Positions 27,521 through 40,898 of a stretch of 64,000 bases of DNA are shown here, one piece after another (position 1 is the stretch's first letter; every line of letters begins with the position of its first letter). The translations under genes and the position numbers were made by a program. Below the pieces are notes generated by a model. That model searched no databases. It was not told the DNA's origin and saw nothing but the letters and a program-made list of their open reading frames with translations. The stretch is from Flectonema sp. DT1601 (taxonomy: Eukaryota): positions 868,001-932,000 of the forward strand of contig OZ025799.1 in NCBI GenBank assembly GCA_964019425.1. The letters run 5' to 3'.

Positions 27521-28661
27521 TTTTTTTTTTTTTTTTTTTCGTGACCAGTAGTAATAGGATAAAATAGAAATCACTTAAAAGAGGAAAAAAAAAAATAAAA
27601 TTTAAAAAAAAAAAGGGGGACTTTACTTTTTTATACTCCCAGAATTTACCAAGAATATGAGTTTATTATAAAAAAGTTCACTAAAAAAAAAAAAAAAAAA
27701 AAAGTTTTAAAAAACATATTGTTCTGCTGTTCCATAAAACACTGTGGAAACTACGTATCCTATACTACTTGTCTCGCAGGCCTTCATCAGAGACCTCATT
27801 CTAGTTCTATTAATAAATCGGATTTATCAATTGGTCTATTTCAAAATAACTCCCAGATTTTAGTTAGAAATACGTTTGTTTTTATACTACATACATACCC
27901 CGCTACAAAAAAAAAATTTTTTTTTTTTTTTTTTTTTTTTTTCAGCTCTAATATTCTGCAAGATAACAGAGCTCCCTACATCTCCCACTTGGAAAATATT
28001 TACATTTGGGCCTTGAGGGAAGACCTTAAAACATAAACCAATGAATGAGCTCATATTGAATAGGAGAAAGTTGATATTTTCATACAAAAAAAAAATTCTC
28101 CTTACACCTCCTTGCGGGTATCATATGTTTTTTTTATTATTTTTTGTTTCCTTTTTTTATAAAATCAAAATTATAATACTAAAGCGAAAAAAAACGGTCA
28201 AGAAGAAAAAAAAAAGAAAAAAAAAAAAAACATCAGTTTACATATGTGATGCATGGAAGAACAAGGACATCATTGATTTTGAGATTATTTATTTATGAAG
28301 AAAGATATCGGATTTAATGAAACGGTTTAACGTTGACATTTTGTTCGAAACTGACTTCTTTTCAATTCATTTATTTTATCATTAAATCTCATTGATTTAT
28401 TTAACCAACATTAATAAAATAAAAAACTAAAATTTTTACAATTTTTTTAATTTTTTTACTTATTAATTTTTTTTTATATCCAGTATCCTAGCAAGAGATA
28501 CTGAACATAATTATATTGGAGCCACACAGGAAGGGTAGGTGGAAGAAAAAAAAAAAGAAGAGGGAGAGGGGGAAAAAAAAAAATGCGCAAGACTAATTGA
28601 GTGTAAAAGCTTAGAAAACAAAATAACAAAATGAACTAAAAAACTAAGACAAAACGGATAA

Positions 28662-28693
<32 letters not shown>

Positions 28694-30241
28694 ATTAGAA
28701 AAAATATGTGTATTGCTTAGTGTAAACAAAAAAAAAAACCCTCAAAACCAAAACAAAACCAAAAAATATATAATTAGCGTAGATAGAATGAGTTGTAAAT
28801 ACCACCAGCATTTCTTTTTTTTTTTTTTTTTTTTTTTTTCTTCGACTCATTTACCCAATCAATCGATGAACGCGTCTTAACAATAAATTTTTTAACAACA
28901 TGTTATCTATTGCAGGCTCCTACTGTTTGTCTTATCATCCAAAATAAAATTTATTCTTTCCACCAAAACAGTACAAGGATAGACTGATTGTTTGGTTTTT
29001 ACGTTAAAAAAAGAGGAAAAAAAAAGCTGGGGAAACACTGTGTGGAATTTCTTTTTTCTTTTTTTTTTTCTGTCTGTCAGAGGGATCAAGCTTTTCTGCA
29101 GCTGGGCCTCATTAAAATTACAATACACTTCGCTTAGGATACAGGTGTGGATAATTGAGGAAAACTTGATACTATAATTAAATATAAAGCAACTTGGGAA
29201 GAGGGGTGAAGGGGAAAAAAAGAAAAAAAAAAAAAAAACTAATTTTCAAAAAGAAATATCTGAATAATAACACAGAGGAATTGCAAGTTGTAGCTCAGAG
29301 GGCTCGTCTCCTCAGAAGATGACGGCTGATAACTGATGCGTTTTTTTTATTTTTTTTTTATACAAGTTGAAGTCAGGAAAGCAATAGCTCTATGTTAGAG
29401 CACCGTATTAATCAATTTCCACCAGCAGGAAAGAGACGCGAGAACGTCAGTTGCGAATCAGTGCCAGATCTGCCGATACTTTTTTTTTTCCTTTTTTTTT
29501 TTTTTTTTTCTTTTTTTGTACCGACGTATATTCTGTTGTCCGACTGCAAGGCTAATCCAAATGGTTTTTTTTTAATCTTTGTATCTACAAAAAGTAATTG
29601 TTCAGTAGAAAGAGAATCGTGACAGCGTAACTAACCCATTTCCCTTATTAGGACAAGTTGCGTACAAACAAAGCAAAAGTGTGAGTAAAAAAAAAGTAAA
29701 ACCGTGAAAGTTGGCCAATTCTTTTTTTTCAAAACGTTACGTCAAGCTCACGAAATGACTAAACAAATATGACTCAATACAATAGGACACGCGGAAGGTA
29801 GTCTTTTCTAGGGAAAGAAGGAGCAGTCGTCAACAAAAGGCGACATGCTTCTACACAGAATCAGACCCGCTCACCACAAGTGCACGTTATATTCAACCTT
29901 CTTCATAATCTTCGTAAACGATGCCCTGCAAAAACAAGTATCACATATTCCTTCTTTCGTAGTGTTTGTTGGGTGTTCACCAAACAATTTTTCTTTTTCT
30001 TCAAACTTTACTAAAAAAAATATCATTTTTTTTTTTTTGTTTTTATTTTTTTGAACAGAACAGTCACCATACTACACTTTTTTTTTTGAGTTAAGAAAAG
30101 AGAAAAGCATCGGATCCAACGAATGTCTTTAACAGAGGCAAGACTGACGGGCTGCCCTACCATGAAAACAGTGAATCAGAGAGCGGGAAAGAGTTCCCTT
30201 ACTTTATCTTTTCTTACCTCTATAGAAGGAAGAAATGGGCA

Positions 30242-30279
<38 letters not shown>

Positions 30280-31532
30280 GAGAGAAATGAATTTTCGCGC
30301 AAAAAGTAAAAACTGAAGTAGAGGTTCCGTTTTTGTCCTTCTGACATATCGCAACTGCAAAAAAATAAATCCAGGGAACTTATAGCACATCGATTTTATT
30401 TATTTTTTTTATTTTTTTAATTATGACACAAACTACATAGGTAATGAAGAGGGGGGGGAGAAAAATAATAAAAAAGAAAACTACTTTTAAAAAAAAATAA
30501 AAAAAAACCAACAACCAGTGTTCGAAGAGCGACTGTTGCGTTCAAACAAGGATAGTTTTTAAGGCTCGCGTTGAAAAAGCAAAAAAAGAAAAAAGGGGGG
30601 ATGTATGTTCGATTTTGTAAAAATTACAACTGTGTTGTATCATAAAAACATAAAGATAATTTAACATTAGTTTTAAATACAAAAAGGGGGGGGAAAAGGG
30701 GGAGGAAATGTAGAGAGGAAAAAAAGGAACCAGTCGATATCGCAGACTGGACGATCTGTAGAAGAAGTAGAAAAGAAAACTATGATGTTGAAATGCTAAA
30801 CTCTTCTCAACAAAAAAAAAAAGAACCTTTTTAAAATAATATAAGGATTGAGGAGAAGTGAAGACGAAGGGAGGAAGGTAAGTACTGCTTTGCTATGGGA
30901 ACAGTCACCAGAAGAATTAGACAGCATGATGAAGTTGTAAGGGGAGGGAACCCAAAAATATTGAACATTTCTTTTCTTTTTTTGTACTATTTTCTTTCTT
31001 TGTAACGTTACTCTATCCAGTTTCTTTTTTTTTCTTCTCCCCTTTTTTTTTTTTCCATCCGTGTCCATTCAAGTGCCAACTATCACCAGGACAGTAGTTG
31101 AATGAAAAAGAACTTAGGGGGGAGAAGGGTAAATCGATACTCTTTTTTTGAGGGAAAAATTGAAGGGGAAATAAGAAGAGGGGATGAAAAAGACACTCGC
31201 GTCCTTACCAACACACCAACAAAAGTTAGCAACGTGGCAAAGTGAAAGTAGAAAAAAAACGCGTATTGAAGTGCCTTTTGCCGTTTTCTCACATACATTA
31301 CGTGCAGTAAATAGTCAATGCAGTTTCTGCAGGCTGTAAGAACACAATGAGGTGAGCATGGGGCAAAAAAAAAAAAAAAAAAAAAAAAAAGTGGGGAAAA
31401 AATTAGCTCAAAGAAAGAGCCGTACCAGGATGAATATATCTGGATAGGCCTTGGAATTGATTTTAATATTTTATTTTCAAAAAAGTCACCAACTTCAGTA
31501 AACCTGAGCTGGTGGTGACACAACGACTAATT

Positions 31533-32405
31533 TTAAAATGCCAAGGCTCTCTTTGATTTTGGGGGGGCCTCAGTAATTTCAAACGTCGGTGGTGGTGTGG
31601 ACATGACTTCGTCATAATCATCAAACGGTCTCGACAACAGCAATGTTTCGTTGACAGGTTTGAGTGATTTTAATTTATTTTCCAAGAAGCGAATCTCTTC
31701 CAGAAGCGCATCCGTATATTCGGTCTCAGATGGAATCTCAAACCTGGTACCTTCACGACATTCTAACGAAGAGATAAAGGCATCAATAACACCCCTGCTA
31801 CTACCTCCCTTAACAAGACAAGGGAAGCTATTAAATTTATAATTAGTAAAGTGATCCATACTTAAACTTGAAAACGATAATCCGTGCTGCTCAATGTTGA
31901 TTGCCGCTGATTCTATAATTCTTTTAATCTTCAGAATATCAACATTATGTTCATCAGACATGGTTGATAACACTGCTGAAGTTTGAAGTCGAAGGCAACA
32001 ATTAGATTCCCAAGAATTGATATATTTCACACAAAGGTTTTGCTCAGAGCATGCAATAAAAGATGTTAATTCGTTCAGATTGCTGTCTCTAATAAGGTAT
32101 TCACAACCATCTATGTTGTCTACTTGGATTCCGTTTGATAGCTTGGTGAATCTACCACTTCCTTTCTTTAACCTCTCTTCTCCACTTGAAAATTTCTGTT
32201 CCTCAAAATCGATGAACGGATTCCATGTACCAGCGTACTCTTCTGAGAATTTCATTACAGGAACTCTTTCACAGCTGTCGAATTCGCTTAATATTCTAAT
32301 TGGTTTCATTGGGGTCATTAATCCTTCACTGTATCCGACAGATGAACAGGTTGGTGAAATCCAATCCCTTGGAGAGGTTGGAGGAGTCTCATACATACAT
32401 GTCAT
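31533..32405 (-). CDS. Hypothetical protein, 290 aa
   Basis: Long ORF with coding-like composition, on the same strand as its neighbours, with a U-rich upstream tract. No family recognised. Confidence 0.7.
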   Translation of the reverse strand: MTCMYETPPTSPRDWISPTCSSVGYSEGLMTPMKPIRILSEFDSCERVPVMKFSEEYAGTWNPFIDFEEQKFSSGEERLKKGSGRFTKLSNGIQVDNIDGCEYLIRDSNLNELTSFIACSEQNLCVKYINSWESNCCLRLQTSAVLSTMSDEHNVDILKIKRIIESAAINIEQHGLSFSSLSMDHFTNYKFNSFPCLVKGGSSRGVIDAFISSLECREGTRFEIPSETEYTDALLEEIRFLENKLKSLKPVNETLLLSRPFDDYDEVMSTPPPTFEITEAPPKSKRALAF

Positions 32406-32714
32406 AGTGTGGTGTCTGTCTTTGGAACAGTAACATTATAAAAAAGTACAGGAAAAAAAACGAGGGGAAAAAAGTACATTACGTAGGCAACTTGCGAGAA
32501 AGTAAAGTAGTTATAATGTGTATGTTTTAATCAACAAAAAAAAAAGAAATTTTCAGAATTTACGGATCCGAATACACAACAATAAACATTTAAGGGTGAA
32601 GAGAGTAGTCGGAACGACCTTCTAAAGGAACATAAAAGTGTAAATATATTTAGGCAGTGACCGAAGTTTTCTTCACTTGCAAAAAGGAAGGTGTAAATGA
32701 TTGGAGTGACGAGT

Positions 32715-35426
32715 TTATTTCTTCTTTTTCTTTTTCTTCTTGTCAGTTGGTGCCTTCTTATTGTCTCCTTTTGTTGGAATTTTTGCTCCCTTTTTAGCAG
32801 ATGGTTTTGCAGCCTTTTGAGGCTTTCCACTTCCGCCTAGAATTGTGAATGTGCGAGGGATATCATCAGGGTAGTAACCTTTGTCTGGTCCAGGTGGAGA
32901 TGGATATCGTTCTAGTTTTGTGTGATCACCTTGAGTGACGTATGTAATCATAATACCCCCACAAGGTGTGTCGCAGAACTGAGCTCCACAACGTTCGCAG
33001 TATGATGAAAGCGGTTGAATGTGTTTGCAACACAGACACTGTAATTGTGATATCTTACACTGGAGATTACATTCCATTGAAGGAGGGTCTGTTGATTTTC
33101 TTTCTGATAAACGATGATCAATTCCCTCAATGTCATCATGTAGCCTTACAGTTCTAACAGCAATATCACACTTTGGACAATATAAAAGACAACATTTCCT
33201 ATAATATTCTCCAGGTTGCCAACTTTGTTCACTTAGTTTGGATCCGCTGACGGGATCAGTTTGTTTCGTCAATCCCCGTTTTCGTTTTGTTTCCTTCAGT
33301 TCGATATCAACTTCCTCACCTGCACGACCATCTTTTATATTAGGGCCTGCTAATGTTGCTGTCATGTCAAGCTCTTCGAGGGTGGAATTTTCTCTTACTC
33401 CTTTGAGGATGTCGCGAACACCGTTTGATCCCAAAGGATTGTGTGAGATATTTAAATAAATTAAAGTCGTATTACTTTTCAATGCCGTCGATATAACAAG
33501 TGCTCCATCAGGACCTATATTATTATGAGATACGTTGACTCTCCGCAGATAGGCACCGAGAAGAACTTTTCCCAGTAGTTTTCCACCACCTTCAAGAGTA
33601 CTACCAGGGGAAGGATCTCTAATCCCTGTCCAGCTCAAGTCAACCTCTTCTAATGAAGCTGTCTGGTTTAGTCCTCTTTCAAGGAGGTAGTTTGTTCCAG
33701 TGGTTCGTAGTTTGTTCCATCCTATATTTAAGACTTTTAGATTATTATTCTCAGCGCACATGTCAGCTAATGCCACAGCTGAAGCAGCACCCAAGTCATT
33801 GTGCGAGAGATCAATTTCGTATAAAAAAGTATTCTCAGAAAGTCCTTCCGCTATTTGTTTCACGTCGAAATCAGTAATTCCATTATGAGATAGTTTTAGT
33901 ACTCGAAGAGTTGTTAGAGGAGTGTTTCCTGACAGAAGTGTTCTTACAGCACATCCAATACCACGTTCACGTTGCCAAGCATTACATGTTGGACAGGTAT
34001 CCTTACTATGTCCTTGTGTCTCTTTATGATTCAAATGTTGACCAGCAGCCATTGGTAACAAAACCGGATTAAGTTGACCTGCTTGGTCTTTACTAAGTCT
34101 TGGTAAGTGCATTGATTTCTTACCTAACTCATTATGTGATAGATCAACATGATGAATGAGACAACCACTAACTTCTAAAGCTTTTAATAAAGCAATTCCT
34201 CCAGTTGGTGAGATGTAATTTTTTTGAAGCTCAAGATGCCGAATGAGAGGTGCCGATCTCTTATCGTCCTCTTCATGAGATGGACGCATTGCATCTCTTG
34301 TTATGACTTCTGCGAGACTCATTAATGATCTGTCCTGAATTGAAGAAAGACCTGTTGGTTGTTAAATTACGATACTTGTAAACAATCTTACTATTTAAGA
34401 GTAATACATACCAAGACCTAGATATCCAAACTGACTACGGATAGCTTCATCAGTTAGCTTCGGTAAAACAGTTCGTTTTGGTAGAGAATTGTACGGATGT
34501 TTACTGGCGTGGATTTCAAACGCATCACTCCCGACTGCTAACTTAGAATCTTTAGCTGTGAAGAATTGAAAGGTCGAAAGGTCTTCTTCAATCTTTGCAG
34601 CGTCTTCGACTGTGAATTGGGAAGTGTCGTTCCATGATTGGTCTTCATCATCATCGCAATGAATTTCTTCATAACCCTCTTCTTCAAATAACTTAATTTC
34701 ATATTCCTCGAGTGTTTCTTCAACATGTGATAATAAAGACTCGATATCCCAGTCATCAGAATATTGTAACAAGTTGGCTTCTTTTAAAACAGCTATTGCT
34801 GCCTCCAAACTTATCTTCTCAGACGCTTCCACCTCCTTAGCGGCGTTCTGCTGTGCAGCTGATAGTTCGTTCTCTTCAATCGAGATGGTTAGATCTTCTT
34901 TTTCACCGTCAGCATCGCCTTCAGTGTTTGTCTTATCAGGTGTGTTTTGCTTTTCTTCTCCAATATTGCTTTCAGATCGAATCCCTGTTGGGGCATTTTC
35001 TTGGCCGGAATCATTTGTTTTTATATCATCTTGACTATTTTCTTCGTTCATGGTTGCGTTTAGTCTGTTTTTTAAATTTCGAAGGAGTTCCGTAGTTTGT
35101 CTCAGAGGTATCTGTGGCTGTCCCTCTTCAGGTTCGGTAATTTTTTCATCGACGAAGTCGACTTCGTCTTCAAGTTCTTCTTGCATTTCTCCAACTGTTT
35201 TACGTGCCATGAGTTCTAAGAATTCATCGAAATTCATACTGCCTGCTGCTTGAGCTCCTACACATGAGATCATGTCGTGTAGCATTGTAGGAGTACAGGT
35301 AATCCCTAGTTCAGTCATCACAGCTCCAAGTTCCGCTGTGTCAATAGTCTCGTCACCATCTTTGTCAAATTCTTGAAACACATCTTTGAACACCTCGATT
35401 TCTTCCTCAGTGAATCTATCAGCCAT
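32715..35426 (-). CDS. EF-hand (calmodulin-like N-lobe) + RI-type LRR + CHY-type zinc finger protein, about 883 aa; exons 35426..34412 and 34351..32715
   Basis: MADRFTEEEIEVFKDVFQEFDKDGDETIDTAELG (calmodulin-like); LRRs such as LRVLKLSHNGITD and LIYLNISHNPLGSNG; YYRKCCLLYCPKC..HD..DH.L..QCLCCKHIQPLSSYCERCG resembles the Pirh2 CHY finger. Intron 34352..34411 (GTATGT..CCAACAG) joins the two ORFs in frame. Confidence 0.85.
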
Positions 35427-35587
35427 TTATATAAATTATCTGTTATGATTAGTAATGATGAGAGATCTGTAAACTATTATTTCCTGATGTCCTAATCCAA
35501 GGCAAGAACGCAAGCCGTTCGGATAAATATAATAAAAAGAAGTAAAAATGTCCAACAGTACTCATCACAATGCTTTAGTATATATTT

Positions 35588-36163
35588 TTATAAAGGCTTA
35601 TGTCGGTGAGTGTGTTTCATTAAGCGAGGGTTTGCAGAGTCGTTTGGCATTAGAATGGCCCTGGGTCCGGATATCTTTTTCCCAGTTGATTCAAAAGCAG
35701 AATTCACACTAACATGAGACCTCACAGTCGGATGTAAGTCTGGAGCGGTTGACGGAAACTCACCTACTGAAGAGTAGGATTTTGATGTAATTTTTTTAAA
35801 ACAAGAAGGACCTTTATGAGAATGATTCCACGTAAAGTTGGTAACAACAGGAGTATCTTCAGGACGTTGTGCAAACGGAACAGAAATACCACCAATAACT
35901 GTTGGCGTTGGTGTTGCTGCTTCAATTGCTTTTCTCGTAGGCTGACTCGGCATCCGATATGGTCGCAACTCATATTGCTCTCCCGGTGCCCAAACCTTCG
36001 CTGCAGGCATTATCATCGGTGGTGGTCCCGGTTCTGGAGGTCTTCTCGGAGGGACTGGATCTGTACTTCCCAAAGTCAATCCTTTAATTATTCTTTCAAC
36101 AGCCAAAGCCCTAGCTGGAGGTGCTGCCACTTTGTGTAATTCAGGTGCAGTGTAAACACTCAT
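35588..36163 (-). CDS. Hypothetical proline-rich protein, 191 aa
   Basis: ORF fills the gap between neighbouring genes on the same strand; coding-like composition. Confidence 0.65.
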   Translation of the reverse strand: MSVYTAPELHKVAAPPARALAVERIIKGLTLGSTDPVPPRRPPEPGPPPMIMPAAKVWAPGEQYELRPYRMPSQPTRKAIEAATPTPTVIGGISVPFAQRPEDTPVVTNFTWNHSHKGPSCFKKITSKSYSSVGEFPSTAPDLHPTVRSHVSVNSAFESTGKKISGPRAILMPNDSANPRLMKHTHRHKPL

Positions 36164-36259
36164 ATTGTGTACTGATGATGATTGTTAGAAATTAAAATAA
36201 CTTTTTTTCAACTACCAACAGATACCAAAAGAAAACAAGAAAGTAAATACTTTAATGTA

Positions 36260-37723
36260 TTAAGGTAGGTAATCTATCCTAATTGGGTTACAGTCAGTCA
36301 TCAGTGAGCTGATTAATAAGTTTGTTTCTGTTGCTTCGATGAGGTGTTTTGGTAATGGTGAAGTTTCTTGTGATGTTAACAAACAGTTTATGTGAGAGAG
36401 AACTATCAAAGTAACCGATCCACAACATTCTACTGATTGGTTAAGTATCAATTCAATATTGAATTCTGATGACACAAATACTTCAGGAATCCAAAACGGT
36501 GTCGGATCACAACACGGAACACAAAAAACATGTTCATCGCTTTCACAAGACAATTGAAATACATCACAGAGTACCGAACTGGAGTCCGTCGCATTCCTAC
36601 AAAACTTACTATCAATTATTCCAAAGTAGACAGCATCTTTGTATAGGTCAACAACAGCTTTAAGTAGCAAGGGATTGTGATCATTCTTAAGAAGTATTTC
36701 CAATTCTTTAATCAACGCCGAGCTAATTTCTATTTCATGCAAATCTCTAAAACACAACAACACCCTTGATGCCCATGTTCCATTGCATTCTGCTGTTGAA
36801 AAGTATCTGTTGCTGATGATACTCTCTCTTAACCAATTTATTAGGATTGGCATTGCGTCAGAGATTGATATTTGGTATAAGGATGCGTGAATCATATTTA
36901 AACAACCCGAGCAGTACTCGCGAGATAGCAGTTCTTTGAAAGTTGACAAGTTTCCTTTTAATGCCACGTGTTTAACGAATTTGATGCAATCAACAGATTT
37001 ATCTATTTTATTCCTTTTTATATCAGTCGTAACATCAGTCTTGTGATTCACGATGATAAAGTATCCTGACGTTGTAGGAACAGGTATCTTATCGAGTATA
37101 ACACAATCACTTTGAATTGAAGAAACAAAAATTGACAATAATCGTTTTGAAGCCGTGCTATTATCAAAACCTGATTGAGTAAAAATAATATTGCTATCAG
37201 AATCTTGAGTTGATACTCTCTTTGATAACAAGAGAGAGAACGATAACCAGTTTTGTTGCAAGGATGAGCTTGGCATTGAAAGTAAAAACTTAACCGACTG
37301 AACAGAACACAACCACAAGACAGTGGATGCTGCAGCACACGATTTATTAAATTCGATGGTATCACAGCGGGAATGCCAATTCGGTAGCTGTTCCAAACAA
37401 TTTTTCAAAACATTTTTTCCATCATAGTTTTTGGTTTTTAAAATGTATTCCACAACAGATATATTTCCTGTTAAAATACTCTTCACCAGAACGTTATTTG
37501 AAAATTCCTCATCCAAACTATTTTTTGATGTTCCATGTGCAGTCCATGTGCCACTTATGATCTCCTTCACTGAAGGTTTTGATATAACAACCTCTCTCAA
37601 AACTCCAAAACACTTCCATCTGTATCCCAAAACAGTTTTTTCATCTTCTCGTAATTGCCCCAATTGCTTTAGCGTTGATGATGTCGTGACATTTAAGTCA
37701 GAAAGTGATGACCTGCTGTCCAT
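36260..37723 (-). CDS. Hypothetical protein, 487 aa
   Basis: Long ORF; no recognisable motif. Confidence 0.7.
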   Translation of the reverse strand: MDSRSSLSDLNVTTSSTLKQLGQLREDEKTVLGYRWKCFGVLREVVISKPSVKEIISGTWTAHGTSKNSLDEEFSNNVLVKSILTGNISVVEYILKTKNYDGKNVLKNCLEQLPNWHSRCDTIEFNKSCAAASTVLWLCSVQSVKFLLSMPSSSLQQNWLSFSLLLSKRVSTQDSDSNIIFTQSGFDNSTASKRLLSIFVSSIQSDCVILDKIPVPTTSGYFIIVNHKTDVTTDIKRNKIDKSVDCIKFVKHVALKGNLSTFKELLSREYCSGCLNMIHASLYQISISDAMPILINWLRESIISNRYFSTAECNGTWASRVLLCFRDLHEIEISSALIKELEILLKNDHNPLLLKAVVDLYKDAVYFGIIDSKFCRNATDSSSVLCDVFQLSCESDEHVFCVPCCDPTPFWIPEVFVSSEFNIELILNQSVECCGSVTLIVLSHINCLLTSQETSPLPKHLIEATETNLLISSLMTDCNPIRIDYLP

Positions 37724-38199
37724 AAGCTATGCATTACCCTCTACAACGAACATAAAATTGCTATAAGAAAGTGCTGTTTATAAAGTACTGTCTTTGTTTC
37801 TTTTAGTATTCCATTTACTATAAATTAATACATTATCAATACAAAAATAGTTAGTTGAATCTAAGTAGAAGTTACCGAAACTTTTTTTTTTTTTTTTTTT
37901 TTTTTTCCTTGGAAGGAAAGAAAGAAGGGAAAACCTCTAATTCTACGGTATTATCGTTTTAAAAAAAAAAAATAAAATAATAAAAATAATAATAATTAAT
38001 AACAAAAGTACAAGGAAAACAGAAAAAAAAAAAGAAACGATCGTTCAATGAACAAACAGAGAACTATATTTATTTTATTATTGATCACTATTAAGCAAAG
38101 AGTGATAAGAATTTCTGGTGTCATCTTTTATCTTTATCTCCAAAACAAGAAATTGTTCAGTGCAATACTTTGTCTATAATCAGACTGAAAACTGTCTTT

Positions 38200-38912
38200 T
38201 TAGTCACCACCAGTACTGTATAAAGACCGAACTCTATTCAACATGCTTTGGTATCGACGAGCTCGATCTGTTGACGGAGGCGCAACTGGAGAGGATCCGC
38301 GAGATGTTGGACAGCTAGCAACCTGCTGCTGAAAAGTCTGCTCAAATAACGGCCTACTCAAAGCTGACGATGAAGGAAGATCAGACAACTGTCTTTGAAA
38401 ATAAGACTGAACTGAAACAGGATCACCACCCTGAGTATTTATTGATGGTGGTGGAGGTACTGGTTGACTATTTTCACCCCAACAAGATGAAGAACTGACA
38501 GATACCCTCCCTGACTGTTCACTTTCTTTATTCATTACAGAAGATGGCCATCTGTCATCACCTCCAAGTGATGTGTTTACGTCGGGTTTGAATACTTCTT
38601 CAAAATTTGAATTTTTTTCAAATTTATTTAATGAATTCAGCTGATCAACTTGTTCTACCTCATCATACGTTTGATCACAATTAGCATCTTCATCAGATAT
38701 CGGAGGTTGTTTATTTGTTAAAAATACTGACTGAGCTTGTACTGAATTCCCTTGTTCTAGTAAGTTATGAATTGCTGTCGAAGCGGCTTCACTATATTGT
38801 TGTTGATGTTCACTGTTTGCAGCTTGTCGTTGAGCCACATCTGAAGGTAAATCGTAATCGTGTTGTAATTGTTCACCAGTGAGAGGATCATATTTCATGT
38901 AGTAATGTCTGC

Positions 38913-38958
<46 letters not shown>

Positions 38959-39975
38959 ATTGTTATCGACTGACATTTGATTTGTGTATCCATTTCGTTG
39001 AGCAAATGAATTACTCTCAGTGTGGACTATTTGACTAGTAGTAATGTCAGAATCACTAGAAGGATATCCAACAGATTGTATTTGTTGAAAACTTCCACTA
39101 CGAATATCATTCTTAACATCATCACCATTCCCAGACAGTGCTTCATATACAGATTGAAGTTCATTGCGAGATGGTTGTTGATTTCTTCCAGTTTTTGGAT
39201 TCTTTTTTTCAACAGTCTCGCGTCTTTTTACTTTTTCTTGTAAATGTCGTTGAGCACTTCTTTCAGCCATTTGATCTCGTAGTACTTTTCTTTTTGCAAC
39301 TCCTGATTTTGATGTCAGACTGGAAGATCTTGCTGGTGTGCTCTTAGTGGGTCGTGGCTGTGTCTTGACGGGTGTTCGAGACCGTGGAACTTTAGCATGA
39401 GCAGGGTTACCAGTTAGTCTTCTAAATACAGAACCATTACGGCCAGCCGTCGGGGGAGTCACAGGATCGTGATTACACCGAAAAGCTGGATGAGAATGTT
39501 TAATAACCCTAGAAGGACTATGTAACGGAGAAGGTGATAATACCAAACTATCAGTCTCTAACACAATATCAGATGGTGGAGAAAGACATATCCGAGGACT
39601 GTTTGCGACACTTATCGCAATAGCATTTAATGTGTTCGTGTCTTCCTGAGGATCCTTAGATTCGGTTGAGGCGAGTAATAAATTAATTCTTTTCGTCAAG
39701 TATTCTACCTCAGCGTTATATTGATCACACGTGTTGTCGAAGATGCTTTCGGAATCTTTAACAAAATTATTAACCAGTTGGTGTAACACTTCAAGTAAGG
39801 ATACAACATCTCTTTTAATTCTATTGAACACTCCTCTCATTTCACTCTTTAAATTCCCTTCGACTATACCAACAGCATCTGTTTCTGACTCGGTTAGAGT
39901 ACGAGACAGTTTTTCTCTCCATTCTTGAGGCAAAATAATTCCTTTTGGTAGTTTTGGGCGTTCCCGAACTCGCAT
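38200..39975 (-). CDS. Hypothetical largely disordered protein with an N-terminal helical/coiled-coil region and a poly-Asn tract, 591 aa
   Basis: Long ORF, S/P/Q/N-rich; an (AAC)n microsatellite at about 38914-38963 encodes the Asn run. Confidence 0.8.
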
Positions 39976-40161
39976 TTTTTTTTTTTTTTAATCAGTCAGA
40001 CTGTTTTTTTTGTTTTTGAATTAGAAAAAAAATAATGATTGTGACAAAACTGTCGCAAATGGGAAAACCTTCCAAAAAAAAAAAAAAAAAAAAAAAGAGG
40101 AAAAAAATGGTTGTTGGGTTACGCTCATATTTTTTGAATTGTGCAACTTCATTCCCTATTC

Positions 40162-40194
<33 letters not shown>

Positions 40195-40846
40195 TAAACT
40201 CGAATCCTCTATGAATACAGAACAGATATTTGATCGGAACTCAGAGTTCCGCAGTACAATCAAGAACTCGCAACTCGAAACAGAACAAAAAAACGCATGC
40301 GCGATACCAGTCAAATGACCACACATTTCCAATACAATTAAAAAAAATGAATAAAATATCATAAAAAGCTGTCCTAACTCAGTAAACGCTGATGCAGACA
40401 AATACACTAAAAAAGGTACGTAGCAGATGAACCCGCAGTAGGTTTTTTTATCGCATTACTCCATCGCTGTACTTGTCCGCCATCAGCATGAAGGTGGACT
40501 AGAAAAAAGTTAGTATATGAGATAAAAAAAGAAATGCATTTGAGAAAATAAAGATATGTATAAAATAATGTATAACACTGTAGAAAACGTAGGTTCAGTC
40601 CATAATTTTATACTACTTGTCCCTTTTTGGCCTTCATCAGTAAGTTCCAAGGGACTTCACGAATAACTTATAAATCAGTTTTTCAAAAAGTAGTTCTTAT
40701 CGTAACGATCGATAATAACTTGTCAAACAGGTTGTTGGTACTAATTAAATCAAAGAATTTCAACAAAATAAAATAATGATAATGAGGTTTTCGGGATAAA
40801 ATTTAAAAAAAAAAAAAAAACTGACCATTTCCCTCACCAAAAGGTT

Positions 40847-40898
40847 GTTAGCTAGTTAACGAGTCCAACAGTCTACCAAGTATTGATAGACACTCAAA
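40847..40898 (-). repeat. Short degenerate copy of the (CTAA)n-tailed repeat family
   Basis: gttagctagttaacgagtccaacagtctaccaagtattgatagacactcaaa resembles 48570-48626. Confidence 0.6.

Noticed and set aside
29175..29196. 22-nt exact match (taattaaatataaagcaacttg) to about 47198-47219
   Set aside because: AT-rich and does not extend; at most a small repeat relic.
21224..31523. Many 60-146 aa ORFs rich in F or K
   Set aside because: They are translations of poly-T/poly-A tracts with no coding signal.
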